Source of the DNA: an uncultured Verrucomicrobiota bacterium | Lineage (GTDB): Bacteria > Verrucomicrobiota > Kiritimatiellia > CAIKKV01 | DNA: 44,591 bases | Reading direction: 5' to 3' | Assembly: GCA_964481675.1 (NCBI GenBank) | Contig: CAYZVY010000006.1 | Coordinates: 1-44,591, forward strand | Shown here: piece after piece, positions 1 to 9,417 of the stretch | Numbering within the stretch: position 1 is the first letter of the stretch | Layout: every line of letters begins with the position of its first letter | Program-made: the position numbers and the translations under genes | Notes under the pieces: model-generated | Database searches by the model: none | Seen by the model: the letters and a program-made list of their open reading frames with translations, nothing else | What the model was told of the DNA's origin: nothing

Positions 1-11
1 CAACGATCGGC

Positions 12-824
12 TTATTCCACCGACCGCAGGTACGACACGGCCTTGCGGATGGCCTCATACGGATCGGCCGGCCCCTCGTATTCGATGTTGATGCAGCCGG
101 CATAATGGGCTGCCTGCATGGCTTTCAGGACGGCCTTGTGATTCAGCACGCCTTCGCCGATCAGGGCCGGCTTGAACCGCATGCCGCACAGCATCTCGTT
201 GCCGCCTTCTTCCTTGGACGTCAGGACCGTCCAGTCCTTGAAATGCGCATGCACGGCCGCCGACGCGCACTTCGTGAACGACTCGGCCGGCTCCTCACCG
301 CTGGCGGCGTTGCCGCTGTCGAACGTCAGACCGAGCCCGGGCAGGACGGCCGCAGCGTCCTGGAAGTCGGCCGCCGTCACGAACGGGCTGTGCTTGCCGG
401 GGAAGTTTTCAAACGTGATCTTCACGTTCGCCTTCCGACCGAGCGGCATCAGGCTTTTCATGGCTTCCACGTAGCGGCGACGGGTTTCGGCCCGGGGCGT
501 ATCCGGCCGGCCCGGCGTCACCACCATGATGCAGGGTGCGCCCAGCGTGACGGCGTATTCGAGCGCCTGCTTCACGTCGTCCTGGGCCTTGGTCACCTCT
601 GCCGGATTCGGCGAGCACAGGTTGGAACCGGGCACCGTGTAGCATACCACCGGGATGCCCTTGTCGTCGCACCGCTTGCGCAGATCCGACGCCGGCTGCC
701 CGTACAGGGTCACCCAGTCGATCCCCGCCATCCCGATATCCTTCGTCAGGTTGAGCATCTTTTCGATGTCAAACACAGTGGGCCCCTGGCGGGCGATCGT
801 ATAGCTCATCATGGAATAGTTCAT
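12..824 (-). CDS. sugar phosphate isomerase/epimerase (xylose isomerase-like TIM barrel)
   Basis: 270 aa with metal-site motifs FENFPG, LTFDSGN, HAHFKD, IGEG and NIEYE, typical of the AP_endonuc_2/IolE-like fold. Confidence 0.85.
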   Translation of the reverse strand: MNYSMMSYTIARQGPTVFDIEKMLNLTKDIGMAGIDWVTLYGQPASDLRKRCDDKGIPVVCYTVPGSNLCSPNPAEVTKAQDDVKQALEYAVTLGAPCIMVVTPGRPDTPRAETRRRYVEAMKSLMPLGRKANVKITFENFPGKHSPFVTAADFQDAAAVLPGLGLTFDSGNAASGEEPAESFTKCASAAVHAHFKDWTVLTSKEEGGNEMLCGMRFKPALIGEGVLNHKAVLKAMQAAHYAGCINIEYEGPADPYEAIRKAVSYLRSVE

Positions 825-840
825 GAACGCGTCCTTTCGG

Positions 841-2283
841 TTAAAACCACTGATTGATCAGGCGAAGCGATTCCTCGACGATTTTCGTGCCGGCCGCATC
901 CGACGCCGGCGCGCTGGCAAACCAGGAGCCGTAGCCGCCGCCGGCCACGGAGCGCGCCGTGGGCAGGTAGCCGCCCTCCCCCGCCAGCTGCACGACGAAC
1001 GTCTGCAGCGCGGGAGAACGCGCCTTGATCCGCTGGCCGAAATCCAGGTAATACTCGAACCGGTTCGTGCACATGGCCACGTCCCCGATCCGCATCGCAT
1101 GCACCGTGACGGGCATTTCCACATTGCCGGCCTTCTGCATGGCGTGACGCTCCAGCGCCTTGACATAATAATGGCGCTGGGCATAGGCCCAGGTGAATCC
1201 GTGTGAAAACGGATCTGTACCGGCCGGCAACGCCGCCAGTTTCTGGTTCATCTCCGTGATGATCCGGTTCGCCTCGTTCGTCTCCCACGGCGTCAGAAGC
1301 CTGCGCGGCACTGGGAACTCCAGGCGCTGATGAACCAGTTCCACCTCGGTCCGGATATCCCGGGAAACGGCCGGCAGCGCCTCGGTCACGGCCTGCGCGA
1401 TGCGCTTGGCGATCGCGCGGCGGCACCCGAAGTCATAGGGTTCGCCTTCGGCCTGTAGCCCCATCAGGCGCAGCATCCGCTCGTCGGCTTTCTTGGTCAT
1501 CGTCAGGTGCGGCGACTGGTCGCCGGCCGCGCTGCATTGCGGCAGGATGAACAGCCCCTTCCCCAGGCGGCCGTGCAATTCCACGCGCACGTCATGCCAG
1601 TAGTCGGCCGAAATTTCGTTCAGGTTTTCCGTGCACTGGGACGGGCACGGCACGTTGATCAGCACACCCGTGGGCTTGCGCTCCGCGTCAAAGGTGAACA
1701 GCATGTCCACGCCGTGGTCGCAGTTGCCTTCGACATGCGAGAACATGGGATCGGCCGTGGTTCCATACATCACAGTCTGGTTCGTCAGGTAGACGGTCCG
1801 CCGGTTGAACCCGACGCTGGCATAGCCCGTTCCCCAGGCGATGCCCCCCGCCTTCCGGCTGTTCCATGCCTGCGCGGCAATGGTGGCCAGTTTCGCGGCC
1901 ATGAAATCGCCATACACCTCGGGCCGCTTGAAGGAAGCCGGCATCTCCGGATACCAGGCGGCTTCGGCATTCTGCTGCGGCGCCGTGTGCGTGTGCGTGG
2001 CGTGCATGGCGACGCGGGCGGGATCAAAGCCGGGCAGCACCTTGGCCAGCTGCTCTGCGAATTGCTTCTGGACGTAGGCCGACAAGCCGACCGCATCCAC
2101 CGAAATCAGGATGAAACCCGCGTCGCCCGAATCGCTTTCCAGCGCCAGCGCGGTGGCGGTGAGGGGATCGAGAACCTTGGTCGCGATCCGCATGTGGAAC
2201 TGCCCCTGCAGGTTCACGGGCCAGTCGGGCGTGATGTCCGTCGATCCCCATCCGATTTTGATCGGTTGCGCTGTCAGTTTCAT
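841..2283 (-). CDS. neutral/alkaline ceramidase-like (Ceramidase_alk fold) hypothetical hydrolase
   Basis: Motifs IGW..TDITP, DPL.ATAL, ISVD, HATHTHTAP, NRR, ISADY, AAGD. Start moved from 2400 to ATG 2283 (MKLTAQP), which is preceded by GAGGGG. Confidence 0.7.
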   Translation of the reverse strand: MKLTAQPIKIGWGSTDITPDWPVNLQGQFHMRIATKVLDPLTATALALESDSGDAGFILISVDAVGLSAYVQKQFAEQLAKVLPGFDPARVAMHATHTHTAPQQNAEAAWYPEMPASFKRPEVYGDFMAAKLATIAAQAWNSRKAGGIAWGTGYASVGFNRRTVYLTNQTVMYGTTADPMFSHVEGNCDHGVDMLFTFDAERKPTGVLINVPCPSQCTENLNEISADYWHDVRVELHGRLGKGLFILPQCSAAGDQSPHLTMTKKADERMLRLMGLQAEGEPYDFGCRRAIAKRIAQAVTEALPAVSRDIRTEVELVHQRLEFPVPRRLLTPWETNEANRIITEMNQKLAALPAGTDPFSHGFTWAYAQRHYYVKALERHAMQKAGNVEMPVTVHAMRIGDVAMCTNRFEYYLDFGQRIKARSPALQTFVVQLAGEGGYLPTARSVAGGGYGSWFASAPASDAAGTKIVEESLRLINQWF

Positions 2284-2444
2284 CGGCGTCTTCCCCTCGT
2301 GTAACGATCCGCGTGCAATGGGTGGATAATAGGGCACGGCCCGCCAACACAACAGTAAAAAGTGCGTTTTTCTGGGCGCATCAACGATTACAAGGGACAC
2401 GCCTCGAATGTCGCTTACTCAAGCAACCGCATGCAACAGGGATC

Positions 2445-2513
2445 TGGGTACAGCGGGACCTACGGGACCGCTGCAGGCGGCTCGCAGCGGTCCCGTAGGT
2501 CCCGCTGTACCCA
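2445..2513. repeat. perfect 30-bp inverted repeat with 9-nt spacer
   Basis: TGGGTACAGCGGGACCTACGGGACCGCTGC (2445-2474), spacer AGGCGGCTC, then the exact reverse complement (2484-2513). Confidence 0.95.
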
Positions 2514-2581
2514 ACCCGCCATTAAGCCGGATCGCCCCCTTCCTGCCGTAAGTAAGTGCCATTCTGGCGCAGGCCTTCCCC

Positions 2582-2611
2582 TTTACTATTCCACGGCCCT
2601 TCGGATATACT
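2582..2611 (+). promoter_or_regulatory. putative sigma70 promoter of the lyase-like gene
   Basis: TTTACT-18 nt-TATACT upstream of an AAAGGA RBS and ATG 2640. Confidence 0.35.
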
Positions 2612-2639
2612 CACCGGACATTGACGCGAAAGGATCCCG

Positions 2640-4514
2640 ATGGAACCCGAAGTCATTCACGGGGCCACCCCCCTCGAAACCACGCTGTCCGATGTCCATC
2701 CCCGTCTATTCCTCACCCGCGAGCAGGCCCGGAACCTGGCTTCCAAGTTGAAACGCGAACCATACGCGTCTCTTCTGGCCCGCCTTCTGCCCGTCGCCGA
2801 CGCAGCCGCCGCCCGCACGGCGGCCACGATGGGCGGCGACTGCCGCGGTCACGGTTGCGCCACCGCCAACCTGGCCATGGCGTGGCGCATGACAGCCAAT
2901 GCACGCTACTATGACGCCACCCTCCGGCACATGGAGACCATGACCGCCTACGAGAACTGGGGAACCAACCTTGTGTTCGGCCACCTGGCGTCGGGCTTCG
3001 CCATCGCCTTCGACTGGCTTTACCACACCTTCGACGACGCCACCCGCCAGCGATATGCCGCCTGCCTCCATGACCGGGCAACCCGCGCCTTCGAAGCCCT
3101 GCGCAGCTATTCCGATTACCACTCCTTCGGCTACACCTGCAACACGCTGCCCGTCACCCTGGCCGGCCTGGCCGCGGCTGGCGGCGCGCTCTACGGCATC
3201 CTCCCCGGCACCGCGCCCTGGCTGCGCCTGTGCCTGGACAAGGGCCATCTCATGGCCGACTCGCTCGGGCCGGATGGCGTATCGCCCGAAGGCGTGGCCT
3301 ATGGCCAGTATTATGCCGAATTCACCGCCAAGTTCTTCACGCTCGTGCGCGACCTGCTGGGATCCGACCTGTTTGCCCAGTCGCCGTGGTTCAAGGCGTT
3401 CGGCACGGCGCTGACCTACCACGCCTTTCCCCGGAAATGCTGGCGGAAGGACGCGATGTTCTTCCAGTTCGGCGACTCCGACCGATCCCACTGGTACGGC
3501 CCGGACTCCCACCTGCGCCGCTTCGCCTCGGCCACCCGCGACGGCCGCGCCCAGTGGTTGGCAGACGCAATAAACCAGACTGGCGTCGGCATCAACTCCA
3601 ACGCCGGGCTCAATCTGGCCTGGCACGACGGTACCGTCAAGCCGCAGCCGCCCCGCGACCTCCCCACCCTCGGCTATTTCGAGGATATGGGTGTGGTGGT
3701 GATGCGGAGCGACTGGAGCGGCAGGGAATCCGTTTTGGTGCTGAAATGCGGGCCCGCCGCGGGCCACCATGGCCACCGCCGCACCAACCATACGCCGTGC
3801 GGCGGCCACATGTATCCGAACAACGGGGGCATCCTGCTCTTCGCCCACGGGGACCTGCTGCTCACCGAGCCCGGCTACCTCCGCAAGATGAGCGCCTACC
3901 ACAACGTGGCGCTGGTCAACGGCCGGGGCCAGCTGGGGGAAGGCGGCGACTGGTTCGAGGACATCGATTACCGGAAGGGCCATCCTGTCCCCAAAATCAT
4001 ATCCGTCAAAACGACGAAAGACCGGGATGACGTGGTGGCGGATCTGGTCGACGCCTATCCCGAGGCCGCGGGGCTCACGCGCTACCGCCGGCATGTGGTC
4101 TTCCTCAAACCCTCCACCTGGATTGTCCTGGACGAGTTCGAGACCGGCGCGCCGGCCACGTTCGACATCCTGTTCCACGGGCCTGCCCCGTTCGCCATCC
4201 TGCCGTCCGGCGCGGCCACAACCGAAGGCGCCACGGGCGCCTTGGCCGTCACCCGCCTTGACCCGGAGCAGTTCCTGCTCCTCAGCGAGGAACAGCCGGC
4301 CTCGGCGCAGGGCACCGGTCATCCCGACAAGACACTTCACCTGCTTCGCGCTCCCTCCCGGACGGAAGGCGGACGCCATCTCAGCGTGATCGCCTTGCAG
4401 GCGTATCCGAAGGGAAGGAAAGCCCCTCCCGCTCCGCGGTGGAAACCCTCGAAAACGGGCGGCGTGATCGTGCTGGGCGGAAAGCGTATGGTCATCCGCC
4501 TGCCCGCCCGGTAG
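2640..4514 (+). CDS. heparinase II/III-like (DUF4962-type) oligosaccharide lyase-fold protein, no signal peptide
   Basis: N-terminal HPRLF, alpha-toroid with AFDWLY and DG.SPEGVAY, FGDS, then GVVVMRSDW and HNVALVNG.GQ in the C-terminal beta-sandwich. Confidence 0.75.
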   Translation: MEPEVIHGATPLETTLSDVHPRLFLTREQARNLASKLKREPYASLLARLLPVADAAAARTAATMGGDCRGHGCATANLAMAWRMTANARYYDATLRHMETMTAYENWGTNLVFGHLASGFAIAFDWLYHTFDDATRQRYAACLHDRATRAFEALRSYSDYHSFGYTCNTLPVTLAGLAAAGGALYGILPGTAPWLRLCLDKGHLMADSLGPDGVSPEGVAYGQYYAEFTAKFFTLVRDLLGSDLFAQSPWFKAFGTALTYHAFPRKCWRKDAMFFQFGDSDRSHWYGPDSHLRRFASATRDGRAQWLADAINQTGVGINSNAGLNLAWHDGTVKPQPPRDLPTLGYFEDMGVVVMRSDWSGRESVLVLKCGPAAGHHGHRRTNHTPCGGHMYPNNGGILLFAHGDLLLTEPGYLRKMSAYHNVALVNGRGQLGEGGDWFEDIDYRKGHPVPKIISVKTTKDRDDVVADLVDAYPEAAGLTRYRRHVVFLKPSTWIVLDEFETGAPATFDILFHGPAPFAILPSGAATTEGATGALAVTRLDPEQFLLLSEEQPASAQGTGHPDKTLHLLRAPSRTEGGRHLSVIALQAYPKGRKAPPAPRWKPSKTGGVIVLGGKRMVIRLPAR

Positions 4515-4523
4515 ACGGGGCCG

Positions 4524-7500
4524 TTACCGGATGAGAAGCAGCGTCCCCGTGATTCCGCGGGTCTTGGAGGCCACTTCGGTATTTCCGTAAGCGCCCAGAT
4601 TCACCCGGTTGCCGTTCGGCGCCGGCTCCAGGCCGAACCCGCTGGCCGGATCGCCCGCGTCGATGCACGGGCTTCCGGCGGACGCCACGCTCCAGCTTCC
4701 GCCGCTGAAAGTCCCACCCGTGTAATAGCCGGCGCGGGATTGCAGGTGATAGTAGTTCGTGTCCGCAAAGAGCGGGTCGGCGGCAAAACACCCCTGCGTA
4801 TTGATGTTGTCCCCATCTTCGATGCACGTATAAAAGACGTTCGAAACGGTCGGCGTGGCCGCCTTGTCGTTCGGCCAGTTCGTCATGTCGTCCAGGTGGC
4901 CCCATACGATTGAATTGGTCATGCCGATCGTACCGCTGACGTAACGGATGCCGGTTCCGAGCGTGTTGCCGTTGTGGGCGATGGTGCAGTTGGAAATCGA
5001 CAGGTTTCCGGAGGACAGGATGCCGTCGCTCAGGTGCAGGCTGTCGGTGTTGTGGTCGATCAGGCAATTTTCCAGAGCCAGCCGGCCGGCATTGTTGATG
5101 CCACCGCCGCCCAGGATGGCGGCATGCCCGATGGCGGCGGTATTGCGTGAAATCACCGATTGACGGACGATGGCTGTCGCCCCCGCCTTCACGAAGAGGC
5201 CGCCGCCATACCCGTCATAATACCCATTTCCCGAGGCATAGTTCTTCAGGATCAGACTGCGGGCGATGAGGACCGTCCCGCCATTGATGTAAAGGCCTCC
5301 GCCATAGCCGTAGGCGTTCGGAATGCCATTCAGGGAATTGGAGCTGATCGACGAATTGGTAATGGTCAGCGTGCCGGAGGCCACGTAAAGACCGGCGCCG
5401 AGCGAGGTGCCGGTTGCCGCGATGATGTTGGAAATAATGGCGCATGACTCTAGCGTCAGGTTCGAACAACCCACGACATACAGGCCGGCGCCCGCTTGCA
5501 CCGAATTGAAAAAGCCATTCCGCACGGTCACGTCGCGAAGCACACAATTCGTCAGTCCGGAGGCCATCAGGATGCGCGAATACCCGCCTCCCCGGGTCAG
5601 CACCGTCGGCCACTGGGCCGAATCCCGGCTGCCTGGCAGGACGGCGTCGTCCGCAGCCGCATATCCTCCGACCACGGTGACCTGGCTGTCGTTCTGCCAG
5701 GTCAGCAGCGTGTCCTGTTCGAATCCCGGCGACGACGCAAAGACATGGCCGGCGAGGTAAAGCGTGTCGTCCGGTTCCAGGAGGTCCAGCGCGGCCTGGA
5801 GATTGGTGTAACCCGAGGACCAGTTCGTGCCGGCCGTGTTGCTGCCATTGGTCGCCGCGTAGAACACATCGGGTACCGGGTGCGTCGAAAACGATTTGAC
5901 GCCCGACCAGTCCATGCCGGCTGAATTGCTGGCAAAGGCTGCAAACGCGTACGCGCTTCCGGGCGTCAGCCCGCCCACCTTCAATTCGAATTGGTCCGCC
6001 TGGATGCCGGCCGACACGATCGAAGTCGGCCCGGCCCCGATCCAGTAGGCAAAGCCGCAAACAGGACTCTGGCCGCCCGTCTCCGTGACTTTCGCGACGA
6101 GCTGAACAGTCCGATGCCCCGCCATCATGAACCCGAGGTTGGTGATGGCGGGCGGCGTGAATGCCGTGGTCACGTCCGACAGTGAGGCAACTTCCGTATT
6201 CCCGTAAGCCCCCATGTTGATCCGGCCGCCGTTCGGGACCGGCTCAAGACCGGCGTCCAAAGCCGGATCGCCCGCATCGATGCAGGGGCTGTTGGACGGC
6301 GACGTTGTCCACGACCCGCCGCTGAAATAGCCGTCGGTATATACGCCCTGCTTCGACTGCAGGTGGTAGTCATTCGTGTTCGCGAAGTGCGGGTTGATGG
6401 AGACGCAGCCCTGGCGCCCGAGATTGTCCCCGTTTCCAATGCAACTGAAGGAGACGCCCGGCAAGGTGGGCGGAACCTGCCCGTCCGTGGGAAACGCCTT
6501 GAGGTCGTCGCTGTGCCCCCAGATGATCGATTGGGCGATTTCCACAGCGCCGGCGACGTACAGAATGCCCACGCCGGGATTGTCGGCCACGGTGCAGTTC
6601 GCCACCGTCACAGCGGCGCCCGCCCCGCCCAGGCACAGCCCGTCGCCATCGTCGGCCCCCGAATTGTTCTGGACCACCAGGCTGTTGCGCAGGTCCATCC
6701 GGCCGGTGTTATAGATGCCGCCCCCGTAATTGGGGCAGGAATTGCGGTCGATGACCGAGCGCACGATGAAGGAGGACGCGGCGGTGCCCAGGAAAAGTCC
6801 GCCGCCGTTCGGAATACCGCTGCCTTGGCCAGCCCCGTATGCACTGTTCTGGGAGACCCGGCACATCGTCATGGTCATGACCCCCGAGCCCACGTAAAGG
6901 CCGCCGCAATGGCCGTAGTTGTTGCCGCCGCCCGTGGCGCGATTTTTGGCGATCAAGCAATTGGTCAGGGTGAAAACGCTCGAGGCGGCATACATGCCGC
7001 CGCCGGCTCCGCCCGTCCACAGATCGTTCGCCACGTTATTGGTGATGACGCAGCGGTCCAGCGTCAGACCGCTGCACTGCGTCAGGTTGACGCCGGCGCC
7101 CGATCCCGCGAGGCCGCCCACGGTCGTGATGCCGTTCCGGATGATCAGATCGCGGATCACGCAGTTGGTCAGGCCGTACAGGGACAGGATGCGCGTGACG
7201 CCCGCCGACCGCTGCACGGCGGTGGGCCAGACCGCGGCGTCGCAGGGCCCCGGCAGGGTGAGGTCGCTAGTCCCCTCATAGCCGCCCAGGATCGAAAGCC
7301 CCACCCGCGACGCCACATTGAGCTGGTTCGTGATGTCGAACGTCTGGCCGGCCACATAGAGCGTGTCGTAATTCTGGGCTTGCATGAGGGCATTCGACAA
7401 GGTGGTATAGGCGGTGGACCAGTTCGTGCCGGCGCTGTTGTCGCCGCCGGAGGACACATAGATGAACGGACTGGTCCGCTGATAGACATAGCGGATGTCC

Positions 7501-9278
7501 GTTGACGTCACCTCCAGGGTCCAATTGCTTCCGATCAGGAACCGGGAGGCGTCGACATCGATGTTGGAGGCCATGACCGATCCGGCCGCAAACTCGACAA
7601 GCGGGATATACCAGGTGATGGCGGGATTGAACCCGCCGTCCGTTTCCCCGAGGGAATCCAGCTTGATTTTCAGCTTCGACCCGGCGGGAACAACGGACAG
7701 CGTCCCGAACACGCGAACCTGGTCCCAGCCGACGCCTGCGACGCCCGCCACATTGGTCACATTCAGTTCGAGCGCGACTCCTCCATACCAGGTGGAATCA
7801 CCCAGTTGAAGGGCCCCGATGCTGTTCGTGGCTTTTCCTGTCTGACCCGGGATCAGCGCCGCTCCGTTCTCGAGGACCAGACCGGTTGACCCCCCGGTCA
7901 GCCGGCCGTTCCCGGCCACAACGCCCTGGGTGTGCACCAGGATGCCCGCGCTGTTGGTCACGGTGCCGCCCCAGAGATTCAGTGTCGCCGGCTGAACCCC
8001 GTCGCCAACCATGAAAAGGGATCCCTTCGTGCTCGTCATGTTGGAAACCGTGAGCGTGCCGCCCTGCAGGAGAAGATCGTTGGTCGGATAGAGGGTGGCC
8101 GTTCCCACGCCGAGAACCGCCCCTCCCTGGTCGATGGTCAGGACATTGCTGACCCCGTAATACGCGGCCGCCCCGATGCTCAGCGTGGAACCGCCCAGAT
8201 CCCAGACGGAATTCGAACCCGAAACCGAGGCCCAGCTGTTGGAAATGAGGCCGAGCCGGACGGCGCCGCGGCTGTACAGTCCGCCCCCGTTCGTCACGGT
8301 GATTCCGTTGTTATAGACGGAATTCAAGGCTCCGCCGCTGCCGATGCTGACGGTGATGGCGGCCACGTTGGTGACCGTCCCGCCGTCGATCCACAGCTCG
8401 TTTTCGCGGACATAATAGGCACCACCGCCGCTAGTCAGCGATCCGATCGTGATATTGGTGCCCTTCATGTCAAGCAGCGATCCCGCATCCCGGACGACCA
8501 GGCGGTTGCCCCGATGATTGCCTTGGTACGTGGAGGTTTTACCGATATACAACTGGCCGGACGAATAGACCCGGCCGCCTCCGGCAATTTCCAGCCGATT
8601 GCTGAACGAATCGTAATAATTGGCGGGAGTATGCCCGCCGATGATGTGGTCGCTGGAACCGAGGTACAGCATCCCACCTCCGGTCACCAGAAGGCTATTG
8701 TTCATCGTCGCGCTGCCCGAAGCCCCATCCACGCCCACAAGAAGCTGGCTGATATTGGTCAGAATGGCGCTGCCCGCCGAAGCATACCCGTTGATCTCGA
8801 CCGTGTTGCTGCGGGCGTTATTTCCATAGCCAATAAAAAATGATCTGTTTCCGTTATCCCAAATGGAGGCGGGCCCGCTTCCGCCTGAAATGTCGAGGCG
8901 GTTGCTGGAAGACACGGAGCCCAGGATGACACCACCAAGCGTGTTCGTCAGCTGCCCCCCATTCGTCACGATCAGGCTGTACCCGCTTCCGTTGACCACA
9001 ACACCGGTGGTTGCGACACCACCGATCAGGGTAATGCTGGAGGCAAAGCCGGTGGCCGAGAAGTTGGCTTTGTTGTTATTGGTCCAGACCGCCAGGGGCG
9101 AGATCCCGTTCACCGTCCACCCGGGGACGGCGGTGCTCCACGTGCCGTTGCCGTGCTGATATCCAGCATTCGTGGCCGAATCCCAATATTGATTGGCCGC
9201 CCCGGCTCCCTGAACAAGCGTCATGAAAACGAACAAAAACGACAACAGACGGAATTGACCGACCTTACATTTTAGCAC
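4524..9278 (-). CDS. large secreted parallel beta-helix repeat protein (adhesin/pectin-lyase-like fold; two choice-of-anchor-Q-like modules separated by an FN3-like domain)
   Basis: Signal peptide ending AGA|A, Gly/Asn/Ser/Thr-rich GGGLY/GAG repeats, duplicated SPCIDAGDP...EP.PNG.R.N.GAYGNTEVAS. GTG start with AGGGAGG RBS. Confidence 0.8.
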   Translation of the reverse strand: MLKCKVGQFRLLSFLFVFMTLVQGAGAANQYWDSATNAGYQHGNGTWSTAVPGWTVNGISPLAVWTNNNKANFSATGFASSITLIGGVATTGVVVNGSGYSLIVTNGGQLTNTLGGVILGSVSSSNRLDISGGSGPASIWDNGNRSFFIGYGNNARSNTVEINGYASAGSAILTNISQLLVGVDGASGSATMNNSLLVTGGGMLYLGSSDHIIGGHTPANYYDSFSNRLEIAGGGRVYSSGQLYIGKTSTYQGNHRGNRLVVRDAGSLLDMKGTNITIGSLTSGGGAYYVRENELWIDGGTVTNVAAITVSIGSGGALNSVYNNGITVTNGGGLYSRGAVRLGLISNSWASVSGSNSVWDLGGSTLSIGAAAYYGVSNVLTIDQGGAVLGVGTATLYPTNDLLLQGGTLTVSNMTSTKGSLFMVGDGVQPATLNLWGGTVTNSAGILVHTQGVVAGNGRLTGGSTGLVLENGAALIPGQTGKATNSIGALQLGDSTWYGGVALELNVTNVAGVAGVGWDQVRVFGTLSVVPAGSKLKIKLDSLGETDGGFNPAITWYIPLVEFAAGSVMASNIDVDASRFLIGSNWTLEVTSTDIRYVYQRTSPFIYVSSGGDNSAGTNWSTAYTTLSNALMQAQNYDTLYVAGQTFDITNQLNVASRVGLSILGGYEGTSDLTLPGPCDAAVWPTAVQRSAGVTRILSLYGLTNCVIRDLIIRNGITTVGGLAGSGAGVNLTQCSGLTLDRCVITNNVANDLWTGGAGGGMYAASSVFTLTNCLIAKNRATGGGNNYGHCGGLYVGSGVMTMTMCRVSQNSAYGAGQGSGIPNGGGLFLGTAASSFIVRSVIDRNSCPNYGGGIYNTGRMDLRNSLVVQNNSGADDGDGLCLGGAGAAVTVANCTVADNPGVGILYVAGAVEIAQSIIWGHSDDLKAFPTDGQVPPTLPGVSFSCIGNGDNLGRQGCVSINPHFANTNDYHLQSKQGVYTDGYFSGGSWTTSPSNSPCIDAGDPALDAGLEPVPNGGRINMGAYGNTEVASLSDVTTAFTPPAITNLGFMMAGHRTVQLVAKVTETGGQSPVCGFAYWIGAGPTSIVSAGIQADQFELKVGGLTPGSAYAFAAFASNSAGMDWSGVKSFSTHPVPDVFYAATNGSNTAGTNWSSGYTNLQAALDLLEPDDTLYLAGHVFASSPGFEQDTLLTWQNDSQVTVVGGYAAADDAVLPGSRDSAQWPTVLTRGGGYSRILMASGLTNCVLRDVTVRNGFFNSVQAGAGLYVVGCSNLTLESCAIISNIIAATGTSLGAGLYVASGTLTITNSSISSNSLNGIPNAYGYGGGLYINGGTVLIARSLILKNYASGNGYYDGYGGGLFVKAGATAIVRQSVISRNTAAIGHAAILGGGGINNAGRLALENCLIDHNTDSLHLSDGILSSGNLSISNCTIAHNGNTLGTGIRYVSGTIGMTNSIVWGHLDDMTNWPNDKAATPTVSNVFYTCIEDGDNINTQGCFAADPLFADTNYYHLQSRAGYYTGGTFSGGSWSVASAGSPCIDAGDPASGFGLEPAPNGNRVNLGAYGNTEVASKTRGITGTLLLIR

Positions 9279-9337
9279 AGGACCCTCCCTTTAAAGCAAA
9301 AAGACAGTCTGCTAGAAAAACGGTATGTAATCATATC

Positions 9338-9365
9338 ATTTTATTCTCATTATGAGACAAGTCAA
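9338..9365 (-). promoter_or_regulatory. putative sigma70 promoter with a palindromic operator between -35 and -10
   Basis: Minus strand reads TTGACT-16 nt-TAAAAT. The spacer contains TCTCAT-N-ATGAGA (9345-9357) in an AT-rich intergenic region. Confidence 0.5.
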
Positions 9366-9380
9366 ATTCGTACTCCCTCA

Positions 9381-9409
9381 TTGACAATGGGACAGCTCCT
9401 CCCGACAAT
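9381..9409 (+). promoter_or_regulatory. putative sigma70 promoter for addB-addA
   Basis: TTGACA-17 nt-GACAAT, ending 8 nt before ATG 9418. Confidence 0.55.
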
Positions 9410-9417
9410 GACCCGCT

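Noticed and set aside
2445-2513. Rho-independent terminator
   Set aside because: Lies between divergent gene starts, has no U-tract, and the stem is far longer than typical
2706-4379. 557-aa minus-strand ORF
   Set aside because: Antisense shadow of the lyase-like gene
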